Positions 28,489-37,679 of a DNA stretch of 64,000 nucleotides are shown piece after piece; the first letter of the stretch is position 1; every line of letters begins with the position of its first letter. Source of the stretch: Candidatus Delongbacteria bacterium (GTDB taxonomy: Bacteria; UBA4055); NCBI GenBank assembly GCA_003252515.1, contig QKDR01000019.1, positions 11,110 to 75,109 on the forward strand, in the 5' to 3' direction. Under the pieces are notes generated by a model that worked only from the letters and a program-made list of their open reading frames with translations, made no database searches and was not told where the DNA came from. The position numbers were made by a program, and so were the translations under genes.

Positions 28489-28512
28489 TAATTGATTTAA
28501 TGGGGAAGTAAA

Positions 28513-29229
28513 ATGAAGAAACTGCGAACTATCTTATTTTTTGTTACTACTTTAACCGTACTTGCAGGGATTACAAAAGAATTTTATATTGAAGTAATTG
28601 ATAAAGACGGCGTATCACATTTTGATTTCAGCGGACCACCCTATGATTATATCGTTACTAAAGCATGGATCGATGCAAGACCCTATGAACTGTTTACGAA
28701 TTCTCTTGAAATTGAATATTTGTGGATTGATAATTATTTATCACTTATTTATTTTGATATCGGAGATTTCCCGACATCATGGTCAACAGGAGATAATTTA
28801 TATGTATATTTAAAGCAGGAGACAACGAATGTTGATAATCCTTTTCCAAATTATATGACACTGGATACAGGAGATCAGAATGTTGTATTTGACGGACCCA
28901 GTTTAGGAGGCGGTCCGGGGATATCAATTTATATACCGTCTTCAGTTGAAGCTCAGAATATCCCGATGCAAACAGAGCTGTACCAGAACTATCCGAACCC
29001 GTTCAATCCTGAAACGAAGATCAGTTTCGATCTGCATGAGGATTCTGATGTTACTTTGAGTATTTTCAACTATGATGGACAGCTTGTAAAGGAACTTGTG
29101 AGCGGAAAATTCTCAGCAGGAAATCATTCTGTTAATTTCAATGCTGCTGATCTGAACAGCGGTGTTTACTTTTATATACTGGAAACTGGAGAAACTAAAT
29201 TTACGAAGAAAATGTTGTTGATTAAATAA
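28513..29229 (+). CDS. Secreted protein: N-terminal unrecognised domain plus T9SS type-A C-terminal sorting domain
   Basis: 238 aa with a signal peptide. The C-terminal ~80 aa match the Por/T9SS C-terminal-domain consensus (NYPNPFNPETKISF...LSIFNYDGQLV...SGVYFYIL...KMLLIK). Confidence 0.7.
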   Translation: MKKLRTILFFVTTLTVLAGITKEFYIEVIDKDGVSHFDFSGPPYDYIVTKAWIDARPYELFTNSLEIEYLWIDNYLSLIYFDIGDFPTSWSTGDNLYVYLKQETTNVDNPFPNYMTLDTGDQNVVFDGPSLGGGPGISIYIPSSVEAQNIPMQTELYQNYPNPFNPETKISFDLHEDSDVTLSIFNYDGQLVKELVSGKFSAGNHSVNFNAADLNSGVYFYILETGETKFTKKMLLIK

Positions 29230-30267
29230 TTATTCAGGCAGTATAACCTTAAACGAGCACTTGTCGTCACCGCTCAGTACCGAAGTCAGGATCTCAACCC
29301 TGACTTCTTTATTTGTGGCGGCTTCCCATTGCTGCCTGTACCATCCGGCTCCGCAGTAGCAGTATGTCTTACTCATACTTCCGTTCAGATTTTCTCTGAT
29401 GATAGGGCAGAAACAGTATGCTTTTCTTCTTTCCTCATCCGTTTTGGCTTCTGCAAAAGCTTTCGGATCGCGCGGTTTCTTCTCGGAATATATCTCGTTC
29501 CCTTTTCTGACCGGAGGTTCTATCCAGCCTGGATCTGCAGCTATAAAATCTATGACAGCATCGACAGGATCTTTTCCGGCTTTTTCTGCTTCGATATAAG
29601 CGTTGCGGAGCTTCTGCAACTGCTCTTTCGGGAATATATGCGAACAGCCTGACAGGATCTTGTATTTTGCGTATTCTTTGTTCCTGTCGACTATATCGAC
29701 CATCTTCTTTATTTTTTCAAACCTTTCGTTTATTTCGGTCTCAGGTGAAATATCTTCACATATTTTTCCAATTTCTTTAGTATCGGTATGTTCAAGGATC
29801 GAGCGGCAGTTCTTTAGGAAAAGTTCCGTCCACTGATGCTCTACGAAAAGAAGCTCGACCTCTCCTTCCGTGCTTCCGTCGAGGTATACTTCGATCACGA
29901 ACTCATCTGATATCATTCCTTTATTATAAGCATACCCGTAGACTTCCGAATACTTTTCCCCAAGATCCTTTAATCCCATATCTGTCTTTAAGGACAGAAC
30001 TTTAAGCGCGTTATATTTTTTAACGGCGAAATCTCCTGCGGATACGATCTTATCTGTCACGGGAAATCCCGCTTCCACCCAGTAACCTTCTGTAACGCTC
30101 GAAATATAACTGATCTTACAGAACGCGGGACCTGTGATCTCGTCTTTGAACTCTTCTTTAATGGAACTGAATACGCCGTTCAGTTCGGATCTTTTCTTCA
30201 TATTGAAGATGCTTACGACAGCGTTGAATCCGCCGAAAGTGGTATGTTCAATCATATTTACGCTCAT
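29230..30267 (-). CDS. Hypothetical protein; N-terminal GyrI-like effector-binding fold with a Cys-rich C-terminus
   Basis: 345 aa. The first ~150 aa resemble the GyrI-like/AraC effector-binding domain by composition only. The C-terminus carries CFCP...CYCGAGW. Confidence 0.4.
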   Translation of the reverse strand: MSVNMIEHTTFGGFNAVVSIFNMKKRSELNGVFSSIKEEFKDEITGPAFCKISYISSVTEGYWVEAGFPVTDKIVSAGDFAVKKYNALKVLSLKTDMGLKDLGEKYSEVYGYAYNKGMISDEFVIEVYLDGSTEGEVELLFVEHQWTELFLKNCRSILEHTDTKEIGKICEDISPETEINERFEKIKKMVDIVDRNKEYAKYKILSGCSHIFPKEQLQKLRNAYIEAEKAGKDPVDAVIDFIAADPGWIEPPVRKGNEIYSEKKPRDPKAFAEAKTDEERRKAYCFCPIIRENLNGSMSKTYCYCGAGWYRQQWEAATNKEVRVEILTSVLSGDDKCSFKVILPE

Positions 30268-30351
30268 TACCCGGCTCCGTATTTTAATCTAAATAATAAA
30301 CAAGGAAGTATCAAAATGCAAATACTTCCTTGTTTTGTGAAAAAGTAAAAT

Positions 30352-32490
30352 TTACTTTTCGACTATTGAGGAACTGTTTATACTGTATACGAATCTGTCT
30401 CCTTTATACTCAGGGCAGTAGAAATCCGCTTTTACACCATCAGCTACAGCTTCATTTTTGAATTTCAGCAGGTTGGCTTCGTTGTTACCAGCGTGCATCG
30501 GGAAAACAACACTCGGATTCAATTTGCCCACAGCGTATTTTACCCCCATTTTTAAAGCTGTCTGATCCATGAAATTACATCCGGTAACAGGAAAGAATGC
30601 GATATCCACTCTGTCGGTCAGTCCGGCAAGATAATCTATTTCAGTAACGTACGGGCCTTTCAGCTCTCTGTCCATATTGGCGTGATCTCCGGGATGAAGT
30701 ATGGTGATCCCGTTGGTTTTGACAAGAAAGCCGACTCCTGTATCTGTTGACGGAACGGTAGTAATATCAACTCCGTCGATCACAATATGCCTCCTGCCTT
30801 CGACGATGTTAAGGTCTTTTACGTTCCTCTTCGGATCGAAACCGGTGACGAATTTAATGTTATCGAATTTCTCTTTCCAGTCGAACATCGCGGGAGTATA
30901 GTGGTCTCTGTGGTCATGGGATATAAATACTATTACATTTTCATTTTTAAGTTCTTCAGGTACAAGATATCCGTTGTTTATATTCGGATGTCCCGGTTCC
31001 GATGAATTTTCATTTACCCAGTAATCGAATACCAGCAGGTGATCTTTTGTTCTGACCGCCCATCCGCTGTGCCCCAGAAAAAATATCTTCGCTTCTTCCG
31101 CATCTGCTGCCAAGCCTTTATGAAGATCGTCGATGTCTTTATTTTCCGCTTTATTTTTTATAAGAAGTTTAGCGATCTGATCATTTCCGTGATATAAAGC
31201 CGAATATAAAGGTGAATGTCCGTTGTTGTCTGTTATATTTACTTCAGCTCCTTTGGATACCAGTACTGAAGCGATCTTTTGGTAACCTTTTGATGCCGCG
31301 ATATGCAGTGCCGTTCTTCCGTACGCAATATCCTTTATATCAGGATCGGCTCCGTTGTCGATCAGTAACTGTGCAATTTCGTCAGATCCTCTGTTAACGG
31401 CGATCATAAGCGGGGTGGAACCGTTCGAATCTATCACATTCAGAGGTGCTTTTCTCTTTATGAGAAGTTCCACGATCTCGGGATTATTGGCGTACATGGC
31501 ATGATGAAGTGTGGTAGTACCGTCAATTGTGCAGGAATTACCTGACATGCATTCTTTCGGAGCGATCTCGGCTCCCTTGTCGAGAAGAAATTCAACCGTT
31601 TCTTTACCTCCTCTTATAGCTGACAGTAAAGGTGTCATTCCGAAATTATCCTTTTCATTAATATCCAGTCCATAGCTCTGAAGCAGTTCAATTGTTTCTT
31701 TAGATCCTCTTGCGGCCGCGTTGAACATCAGTGACTTTCCGTCAGAGTCCTTTGCATTAATATCCGCGCCTTTCTCTTTAAGGAATTTGATAACTTCGGG
31801 AGTATTCCCCGCTACAGCCCATACTATCGGAACCTGTCCGGCATCGTTCTTCTGGTTTAAATCGTATCCTTTCGAAAGAATGTATTCAATCAGTTCTATG
31901 TTCCCGTTCCTCGCAGCAAAATGAATCGGTGTATTGCCGTAGGAATTCACATCTTTGAGATCTCCTCCCATTTTCTCAAGGAATCTGATCGTCTCAAGAT
32001 CAGCACCCCAGACAGCTTCGAAGATAGGCTTTCTGCCGGCTTTTGATACAGCATTAATATCAGCTCCTTTGTCAATCAGGAACTTAACAAGTTTAAAGTT
32101 CCCGGACATACACGCGAAATGCAGCGGAGTAACATCATTATTGTCCTTGTAATTCACGTCCGAACCTTTTTCGACAAGTATCTTAGCGATATCCAGATAA
32201 CCTTTTACAGCGGCATTCTGCAAAGGTATACTGCCTTCCCTGTCTTTTGTATTTATGTCTGCGTCTTTTTCCACAAGATATTCTACTATATCTGTTTTCC
32301 CTTCGATTGAAGCAAAATTGAGAGGTGAAAAATAATTGTCTATTTTGCTTTCGAGCAGGTCTTTATTCCCCTCGATCATTGATTTTACCTGGACCAGGTC
32401 ACCGTTATTGATAGCCGTTTTCATGTCCGACACTCCGATCAGCAGTGAAATTGACGCAAGAACTGCGGTTGTAAGCATTTTTTTCAACAT
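30352..32490 (-). CDS. Secreted ankyrin-repeat protein fused to a C-terminal metallo-beta-lactamase-fold hydrolase domain
   Basis: 712 aa with a signal peptide. About 12 ankyrin repeats (G-TPLH-A, LL--GADIN recurring) are followed by an MBL domain with HDHRDH (HxHxDH) and downstream His/Asp ligands (HPGDH, PMHAG). Confidence 0.7.
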   Translation of the reverse strand: MLKKMLTTAVLASISLLIGVSDMKTAINNGDLVQVKSMIEGNKDLLESKIDNYFSPLNFASIEGKTDIVEYLVEKDADINTKDREGSIPLQNAAVKGYLDIAKILVEKGSDVNYKDNNDVTPLHFACMSGNFKLVKFLIDKGADINAVSKAGRKPIFEAVWGADLETIRFLEKMGGDLKDVNSYGNTPIHFAARNGNIELIEYILSKGYDLNQKNDAGQVPIVWAVAGNTPEVIKFLKEKGADINAKDSDGKSLMFNAAARGSKETIELLQSYGLDINEKDNFGMTPLLSAIRGGKETVEFLLDKGAEIAPKECMSGNSCTIDGTTTLHHAMYANNPEIVELLIKRKAPLNVIDSNGSTPLMIAVNRGSDEIAQLLIDNGADPDIKDIAYGRTALHIAASKGYQKIASVLVSKGAEVNITDNNGHSPLYSALYHGNDQIAKLLIKNKAENKDIDDLHKGLAADAEEAKIFFLGHSGWAVRTKDHLLVFDYWVNENSSEPGHPNINNGYLVPEELKNENVIVFISHDHRDHYTPAMFDWKEKFDNIKFVTGFDPKRNVKDLNIVEGRRHIVIDGVDITTVPSTDTGVGFLVKTNGITILHPGDHANMDRELKGPYVTEIDYLAGLTDRVDIAFFPVTGCNFMDQTALKMGVKYAVGKLNPSVVFPMHAGNNEANLLKFKNEAVADGVKADFYCPEYKGDRFVYSINSSSIVEK

Positions 32491-32665
32491 AACTTCCTCC
32501 GGTTTTGTTTAGTTAAATTTATGAAAATAACAGAGAAATCATTGAGAATTCCGATAAAGCGATTTTATTCAGGGATGAAAAGAATAAAAAAGAAAAATAA
32601 TGTTGGCGGTATCGGATATTTATTATATATTTACAACATGGTGTATGAAATACAGGATTTTTTTT

Positions 32666-32941
32666 ATGCAATCACGGAAAATATATAACAGGATCGCACT
32701 TTTAAGGCAGGAATCCTGTATCGGCAGGAAAGAGCTCGCAGAGATGATCGGTGTCAATTTCCAGACGATAGGTTACCTGGAGCGCGAGGAATACAATCCC
32801 AGCCTAGATCTTGCCTTCAGGATATCTGATGTATTTAAAAAGCCTGTAGATTTTATTTTTTCAATAGAACCGATGGAGTCATTAAGCAAGATCGCTTATG
32901 AAAAATACCTTGGAGGAAAAAATGAAGAAAAAGCTGAATAA
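32666..32941 (+). CDS. XRE-family helix-turn-helix transcriptional regulator (small, YozG-like)
   Basis: HTH segment LRQESCIGRKELAEMIGVNFQTIGYLER. The ORF is open from 32600, and the internal Met at 32666 was chosen as the start. Confidence 0.65.
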   Translation: MQSRKIYNRIALLRQESCIGRKELAEMIGVNFQTIGYLEREEYNPSLDLAFRISDVFKKPVDFIFSIEPMESLSKIAYEKYLGGKNEEKAE

Positions 32942-33344
32942 TATACACTACATCGGACTGAACCTGCTGAGCGCGGTGCTTTTCGTACCGGCAATAGAAT
33001 ACATGAAAGAATTAGAAGCCCGTTGGCCGCTTATTACAGTTCTGTCATTTCTCGGAGCCGTGTTCACTATAAGTTTCTACTTTGCATTCTATAGAACCGG
33101 AGCGTGGAAGTTCGTTCATACTCCACTTGAAAAACTTGACGAGAGGGAACTCAAGATAGCGGGAAGCACATCGAGAATATCTTACGCGGTATTTACAGTG
33201 GTATCCCTTCTTGTAATGCTGGTACTGTCGCTGACTGACCTTCAAATAAATGTCGTTTTCACTGCAGTCTTCATCTACTTCGCCCATATACTTCCGTCGT
33301 CGATAGTGTCATTGGGAACAAAAAATGTACCTGAAGCAGAATGA
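32922..33344 (+). CDS. Small multi-pass membrane protein co-transcribed with the XRE regulator
   Basis: About 140 aa with 3-4 hydrophobic helices. It overlaps the regulator stop by 20 nt. The alternative start at 32898 is in the ORF track. Confidence 0.45.
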   Translation: MKKKLNNIHYIGLNLLSAVLFVPAIEYMKELEARWPLITVLSFLGAVFTISFYFAFYRTGAWKFVHTPLEKLDERELKIAGSTSRISYAVFTVVSLLVMLVLSLTDLQINVVFTAVFIYFAHILPSSIVSLGTKNVPEAE

Positions 33345-33850
33345 AAAGGATACTCGTCATAGGCTGCGGAGGAGCCGGGAAATCCACTTTTGCAAAGGAG
33401 CTGCATAAAAAATTAGGATTGAAACTAATCCATCTTGACTGTCATTTCTGGCTGCCGGGCTGGGAAACCGTCGAAAAAGATAAGTGGGAAAAACTTACTG
33501 ACGAATTCATTGCCCGTGACGAATGGATAATGGACGGCAATTATTCAGGTACGATGGATAAAAGGATCGAAAAAGCTGATGCTGTAATATATTTCGACTT
33601 CCCCCGCTGGAGATGTCTTTACAATGCTTTTATGAGGATGTTAAAAGGTAAACTGTTCAAGAAAGAGAGATCCGATATTACATCCGGATGCGATGAAAGA
33701 TTCGATCTTGAATTCTATAAATGGATATGGAATTATAACAGTAACAACAGAGAAACGAATCTGCAGAAATTAAACAAAGCTTCTTCGACAAAAAAAGTTT
33801 ATATAATCAGATCATATAAACAGAAAAGAGAGCTGCTGAGATCAATTTAA
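33341..33850 (+). CDS. P-loop NTPase / small kinase (topology-modulation FlaR-like, adenylate-kinase fold)
   Basis: 169 aa with a Walker A motif (GCGGAGKST) at the N-terminus. It overlaps the upstream gene by 4 nt. Confidence 0.6.
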   Translation: MKRILVIGCGGAGKSTFAKELHKKLGLKLIHLDCHFWLPGWETVEKDKWEKLTDEFIARDEWIMDGNYSGTMDKRIEKADAVIYFDFPRWRCLYNAFMRMLKGKLFKKERSDITSGCDERFDLEFYKWIWNYNSNNRETNLQKLNKASSTKKVYIIRSYKQKRELLRSI

Positions 33851-34366
33851 CTTGTAACGGTACTCATTGCATAAAACTGATCTGCCGAACGCATTCCGTG
33901 TTTCTTCTCTGACGAACGAATAACCGGATTTTTCAAGAACCCTGACGGAAGCGGCGTTTGCGCTGTCGACAATACCTGTGATCCCGTCCAATCCGAAGTG
34001 TTTTATTCCATATACCGAGAGAGCTTTTACAGCTTCTGTCGCGAAACCTTTTCCCTGATGCTTTTCTTCGACAGCATAACCGATCTCAACTCTCTCATTC
34101 AGAGGACTTAATCCTGCGTGACCAATTAGTTCGCCTGTAGTTGTCAGCTCAATTCCGAGTACGAAAGGTTTAGTTTTCGGATCGGGATTATTATAGCGTG
34201 AGATCAGGAACTCAAGAACTTCGTGTGCTTCATTTTCCTCAGAATAAACCTGGTCAGGGATCCACTTTTTCATACCTTCCTCAATGCTCATCTGATATAT
34301 TTTCTGAGCATCGTTCAAAGTGAACGGGCGAAGTAAAAGGTTTTTGGTTTCGATCATAAAGCACAA
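33842..34366 (-). CDS. GNAT-family N-acetyltransferase (RimJ/RimL-like)
   Basis: 174 aa. LLLRPFTLNDAQ and the acetyl-CoA-binding motif HQGKGFATEA fit the family. Confidence 0.8.
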   Translation of the reverse strand: MCFMIETKNLLLRPFTLNDAQKIYQMSIEEGMKKWIPDQVYSEENEAHEVLEFLISRYNNPDPKTKPFVLGIELTTTGELIGHAGLSPLNERVEIGYAVEEKHQGKGFATEAVKALSVYGIKHFGLDGITGIVDSANAASVRVLEKSGYSFVREETRNAFGRSVLCNEYRYKLN

Positions 34367-35277
34367 CCCTGAACGAGATTGTTTTTTATAAGATATTTGA
34401 ATACTTTATCCTGTATTCCGGTCTTGTTAATGCACCACAGAGGAGCGATCAGATCTTTTTCCGGTGCGTCTGCGTAAAGTCTGTGAATAACTGTGTCCTT
34501 ATTCAGATGAGAAAGAAGAAGCCCGAGCCTGTGGAAATATTCTTCTTCGGCCAATATCTTCGGAGCAGACCCTTCATGGTAGAGTTTTTCAAGCCGAGTA
34601 TTTTTCAGTACCATGAGCTGGTGGATCTTAAGTCCGGTGGTCTTTGAACCGTTCAGGAAACGGGCAAGTTCGATAATTTTATCATCGTTCTCGTTCGGAA
34701 GACCCAAGATTATGTGAGCTACAGATTCAAATCCGTATGAAGAAACAAGATCAACTGCTTCAGTAAACTGTCTCACTGTGTGTCCGCGACCTATCCATTC
34801 AAGGTCTTTTTCGTTTATGGTCTGAAGACCCATTTCTACCGTCACGTCCGTTTCCAGTGATTTGAGTAAATCAAGAATTTCTTCACCAATTGTGTCAGGT
34901 CTGGATGAAACTGCGATACCAACTATGCCTGAATTAGAGACAGCGTTTTTATATAATACTTCAAGATATTTAAGTTTGTTCTTGACTTTGTGTGATGTGT
35001 AAGTTGACGAATAATCCTGAAAGTACGCTATGAAAGCTTCGGCACCGTTCCTTTCTCTAAGGTAGTTCATATGGTCTTCGACCTTGCTGTCAGCCTCGAG
35101 GTCAAGTAGAGGTTCAAGTGACTTCATGTTGCAGTAGACACAGCCTTCATGTCCTATGGTTCCGTCAAGGTTCGGGCAGGTAAAATCACCGTGAAAGTTC
35201 AGTTTATAGACTTTTTTGCCGAATTTGTTCTTCCAGTGGTCGCTTAAGCGTGTTACTATTTCCGACAGGTCTGTCAA
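34354..35277 (-). CDS. Radical SAM protein, TIGR01212 (YhcC-like) family
   Basis: 307 aa. CPNLDGTIGHEGCVYC is the CxxxxxxxxxxCxxC radical-SAM cluster motif with the family-typical spacing. Confidence 0.75.
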   Translation of the reverse strand: MTDLSEIVTRLSDHWKNKFGKKVYKLNFHGDFTCPNLDGTIGHEGCVYCNMKSLEPLLDLEADSKVEDHMNYLRERNGAEAFIAYFQDYSSTYTSHKVKNKLKYLEVLYKNAVSNSGIVGIAVSSRPDTIGEEILDLLKSLETDVTVEMGLQTINEKDLEWIGRGHTVRQFTEAVDLVSSYGFESVAHIILGLPNENDDKIIELARFLNGSKTTGLKIHQLMVLKNTRLEKLYHEGSAPKILAEEEYFHRLGLLLSHLNKDTVIHRLYADAPEKDLIAPLWCINKTGIQDKVFKYLIKNNLVQGCAL

Positions 35278-37319
35278 AACAGTTTCCTGCCAAGATTAAA
35301 ATTAAGTCCGGGGAATAGTGCAGGATCTTTTTTCAGTTTTTCGAATTTATACAGGATGTTGTCCTCGCCTGTAAGGTCTATAATGATCTCGTGTGCCCGC
35401 ACATCTGGGATAGGAGCGCCTTCAATGGTAAAATGCTCATCTGAAATGAACATAGTGATCCCGTTGTATTTTCTGACCGAGAATCTGAAACATTCTCTAT
35501 CAGAGAAAGTGCTTCCGTCCGGGAAGTTGTCCGACATAGACCGGGTATAGAAAAGAGGTATCCTTGAATATATTGTCATGCGCAGAGGAAGAGGGGAGTA
35601 TTTTAGACCTTCCAGAGTTTCAGCGTCGGATTCAAAGGGCAGATGTGCCGAAGAGAGCCCAAGTTCTTTAAGCTGTTTCGCAGCCAAGATATTATAAGGA
35701 GAAAGACCGGGACCGCAGTCAATTTTTTTGTTCGAGTTTTTAAGAAGTTTAATATGTCCTATGTCGTTAACTTCGTAAGATATGCTGTTGGTGTGTTCAA
35801 GAGCCTCGATCATTTTAGCGCACTCTTCCAGGTCTTTTTCGAACAGTATAGGGAAGAAAGATATCTCGACCCGTACTTTTGAAGCAAGTTTCTTATATAA
35901 GTACAGAAATGAAGACGACGGTTCGGTTACGATCACTTTTTTTATCCCGCGATCCTTTACATCATCCATAATTTGTGCGATGTCGCCCGATGCGATCTTA
36001 AGAATATTTGTATTCTGAAAACATATATCCAGAGTATTCTTAGGGTCCGGATCGAAATTATTCAGTTCATATTCAAGCTTGGGTGGAAGTTTAACATTCT
36101 TCAGAAATTTCTTTTCTTTTCTGCTTAAAGGCGCTACAGTCGAACCTATTTCCGAGATGATATTGTTGAGTTGAGATTTCGGGATGAGAATGTCATTATC
36201 AAGCTCGAATCTGCCAAGGAACAGACCTCCGAAGGCAGTGTTCCTGATCCTGCTCTCCAGTTCTGAAAGATATGTCCCGCGGTTTTCGTTCCGGACCGCT
36301 TTGTGTCTGACAGAAAATTCAGTGTTGCCGTGATCGCTGAAAATCTCGAGTTTCAGTTCCGTTCCTGTTCTGACACATAGATCGTACTTTCCCTGACCGA
36401 CAGTTCTGGAACTTCCGGAATAGGGTCGCGCTTCATGTGCGGCGACGGATCCAAAGTTCTGTCCGGTGATGAGTTTGTCTAGACCACCAAAAAATCCTTC
36501 TCCCTGCTCGCGGCCGGAAAAGTTTGAAGGGTCCGTACCTTCAGATTTTTCACCATTAAGCAGGCTTCTGTAATATCTGGTCACGGATCCGACCCAGTTC
36601 GCACTTTTCAGTCTGCCCTCGATCTTGAGAGCGGAAATGCCCGTTTCCTGCAGTTCAGAAAGTTTTTCTGAAAGGTTCAGGTCTTTCATAGAGAAATAAG
36701 CTTTATATTCGTCCGAGCCGTCTTTTCTGAACCTGAACCTGCAGGGAGCCTGACAAGAACCTCTATTCGCCGATCTTCCGCCGAACCACGACGACATCAG
36801 GCACCTTCCCGAAAATGAAAAACACATCGATCCCTGAACGAATACTTCCGTTTTCGGGAAATACGGCTTAACAAGATATTTAAACTCATCCCGATTCAGC
36901 TCACGGGCAAGCACGACTCTCGAAGCGCCGATGTTCTCTGCGGCGGCCATAGCCTTTGAATTGGCTATCCCGAACTGGGTGCTGAGATGGTATTCCACTC
37001 CGGTGAGATATTTATTGAGTATATATATAAGACCAAGGTCCTTCACTATAACGGCATCTGTACCGGACTTTTTCAAATATAATAGAATAGATGCTGCGTC
37101 TTCGAGTTCTGATGTTTTCAGATCAATATTGAGAGTAATGTATACCCTGACGTCTCGCGAATGTGCAAGTTCCAATATATCAGGAAGTTCGTCGATCCTG
37201 AAATTCTTAGCAGGCTTTCTTGCATTGAACATATTAAGTCCGAGGTAAACTGCATCAGCGCCGTTTTCAAGAGCAGCCGAAAAAGCGTCCCTATTTCCCG
37301 CAGGAGACATCAGTTCCAT
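35274..37319 (-). CDS. Peptidase U32-family protein (long form with a C-terminal extension)
   Basis: 681 aa. The typical U32 N-terminus is MELMSPAGN...AVYLGL, followed by the conserved U32 Cys motif (CFSFSGRC). It overlaps the rSAM gene by 4 nt. Confidence 0.75.
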   Translation of the reverse strand: MELMSPAGNRDAFSAALENGADAVYLGLNMFNARKPAKNFRIDELPDILELAHSRDVRVYITLNIDLKTSELEDAASILLYLKKSGTDAVIVKDLGLIYILNKYLTGVEYHLSTQFGIANSKAMAAAENIGASRVVLARELNRDEFKYLVKPYFPKTEVFVQGSMCFSFSGRCLMSSWFGGRSANRGSCQAPCRFRFRKDGSDEYKAYFSMKDLNLSEKLSELQETGISALKIEGRLKSANWVGSVTRYYRSLLNGEKSEGTDPSNFSGREQGEGFFGGLDKLITGQNFGSVAAHEARPYSGSSRTVGQGKYDLCVRTGTELKLEIFSDHGNTEFSVRHKAVRNENRGTYLSELESRIRNTAFGGLFLGRFELDNDILIPKSQLNNIISEIGSTVAPLSRKEKKFLKNVKLPPKLEYELNNFDPDPKNTLDICFQNTNILKIASGDIAQIMDDVKDRGIKKVIVTEPSSSFLYLYKKLASKVRVEISFFPILFEKDLEECAKMIEALEHTNSISYEVNDIGHIKLLKNSNKKIDCGPGLSPYNILAAKQLKELGLSSAHLPFESDAETLEGLKYSPLPLRMTIYSRIPLFYTRSMSDNFPDGSTFSDRECFRFSVRKYNGITMFISDEHFTIEGAPIPDVRAHEIIIDLTGEDNILYKFEKLKKDPALFPGLNFNLGRKLF

Positions 37320-37335
37320 ATATTCCGTGATAATT

Positions 37336-37659
37336 TTATTTTTTTTCTGTCAGACTATATTTTACGAGCAGTTGATTCTTTTCAACTATATCACCCCTGT
37401 TAACATAGATATCTTTTATAACAACATCAGAATCAAGAGTTATCTCGTTGATCATTTTCATAGCTTCCAGAGAAATTATATTTGAACCGGCTTTAATTGT
37501 TTTACCTTTTTTTGCGGGTATCTCCACTATCTGCCCGGGAATGAAAGCCCTTATCTCGGATTTGTTCAACTGAGGAGGTTTCCGGTTCTTACTTAATTCG
37601 TATTTTTTTGTCAGATTCGTCTGATATTCAGCACCGTCTACATTAATTATATCGTCCAT
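37336..37659 (-). CDS. Biotin carboxyl carrier (1.3S/gamma-type) subunit
   Basis: 107 aa. The biotinyl domain carries EAMKM (ISLEAMKMINEI). Confidence 0.75.
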   Translation of the reverse strand: MDDIINVDGAEYQTNLTKKYELSKNRKPPQLNKSEIRAFIPGQIVEIPAKKGKTIKAGSNIISLEAMKMINEITLDSDVVIKDIYVNRGDIVEKNQLLVKYSLTEKK

Positions 37660-37679
37660 ATTTTAACCTGTCCGTACTT

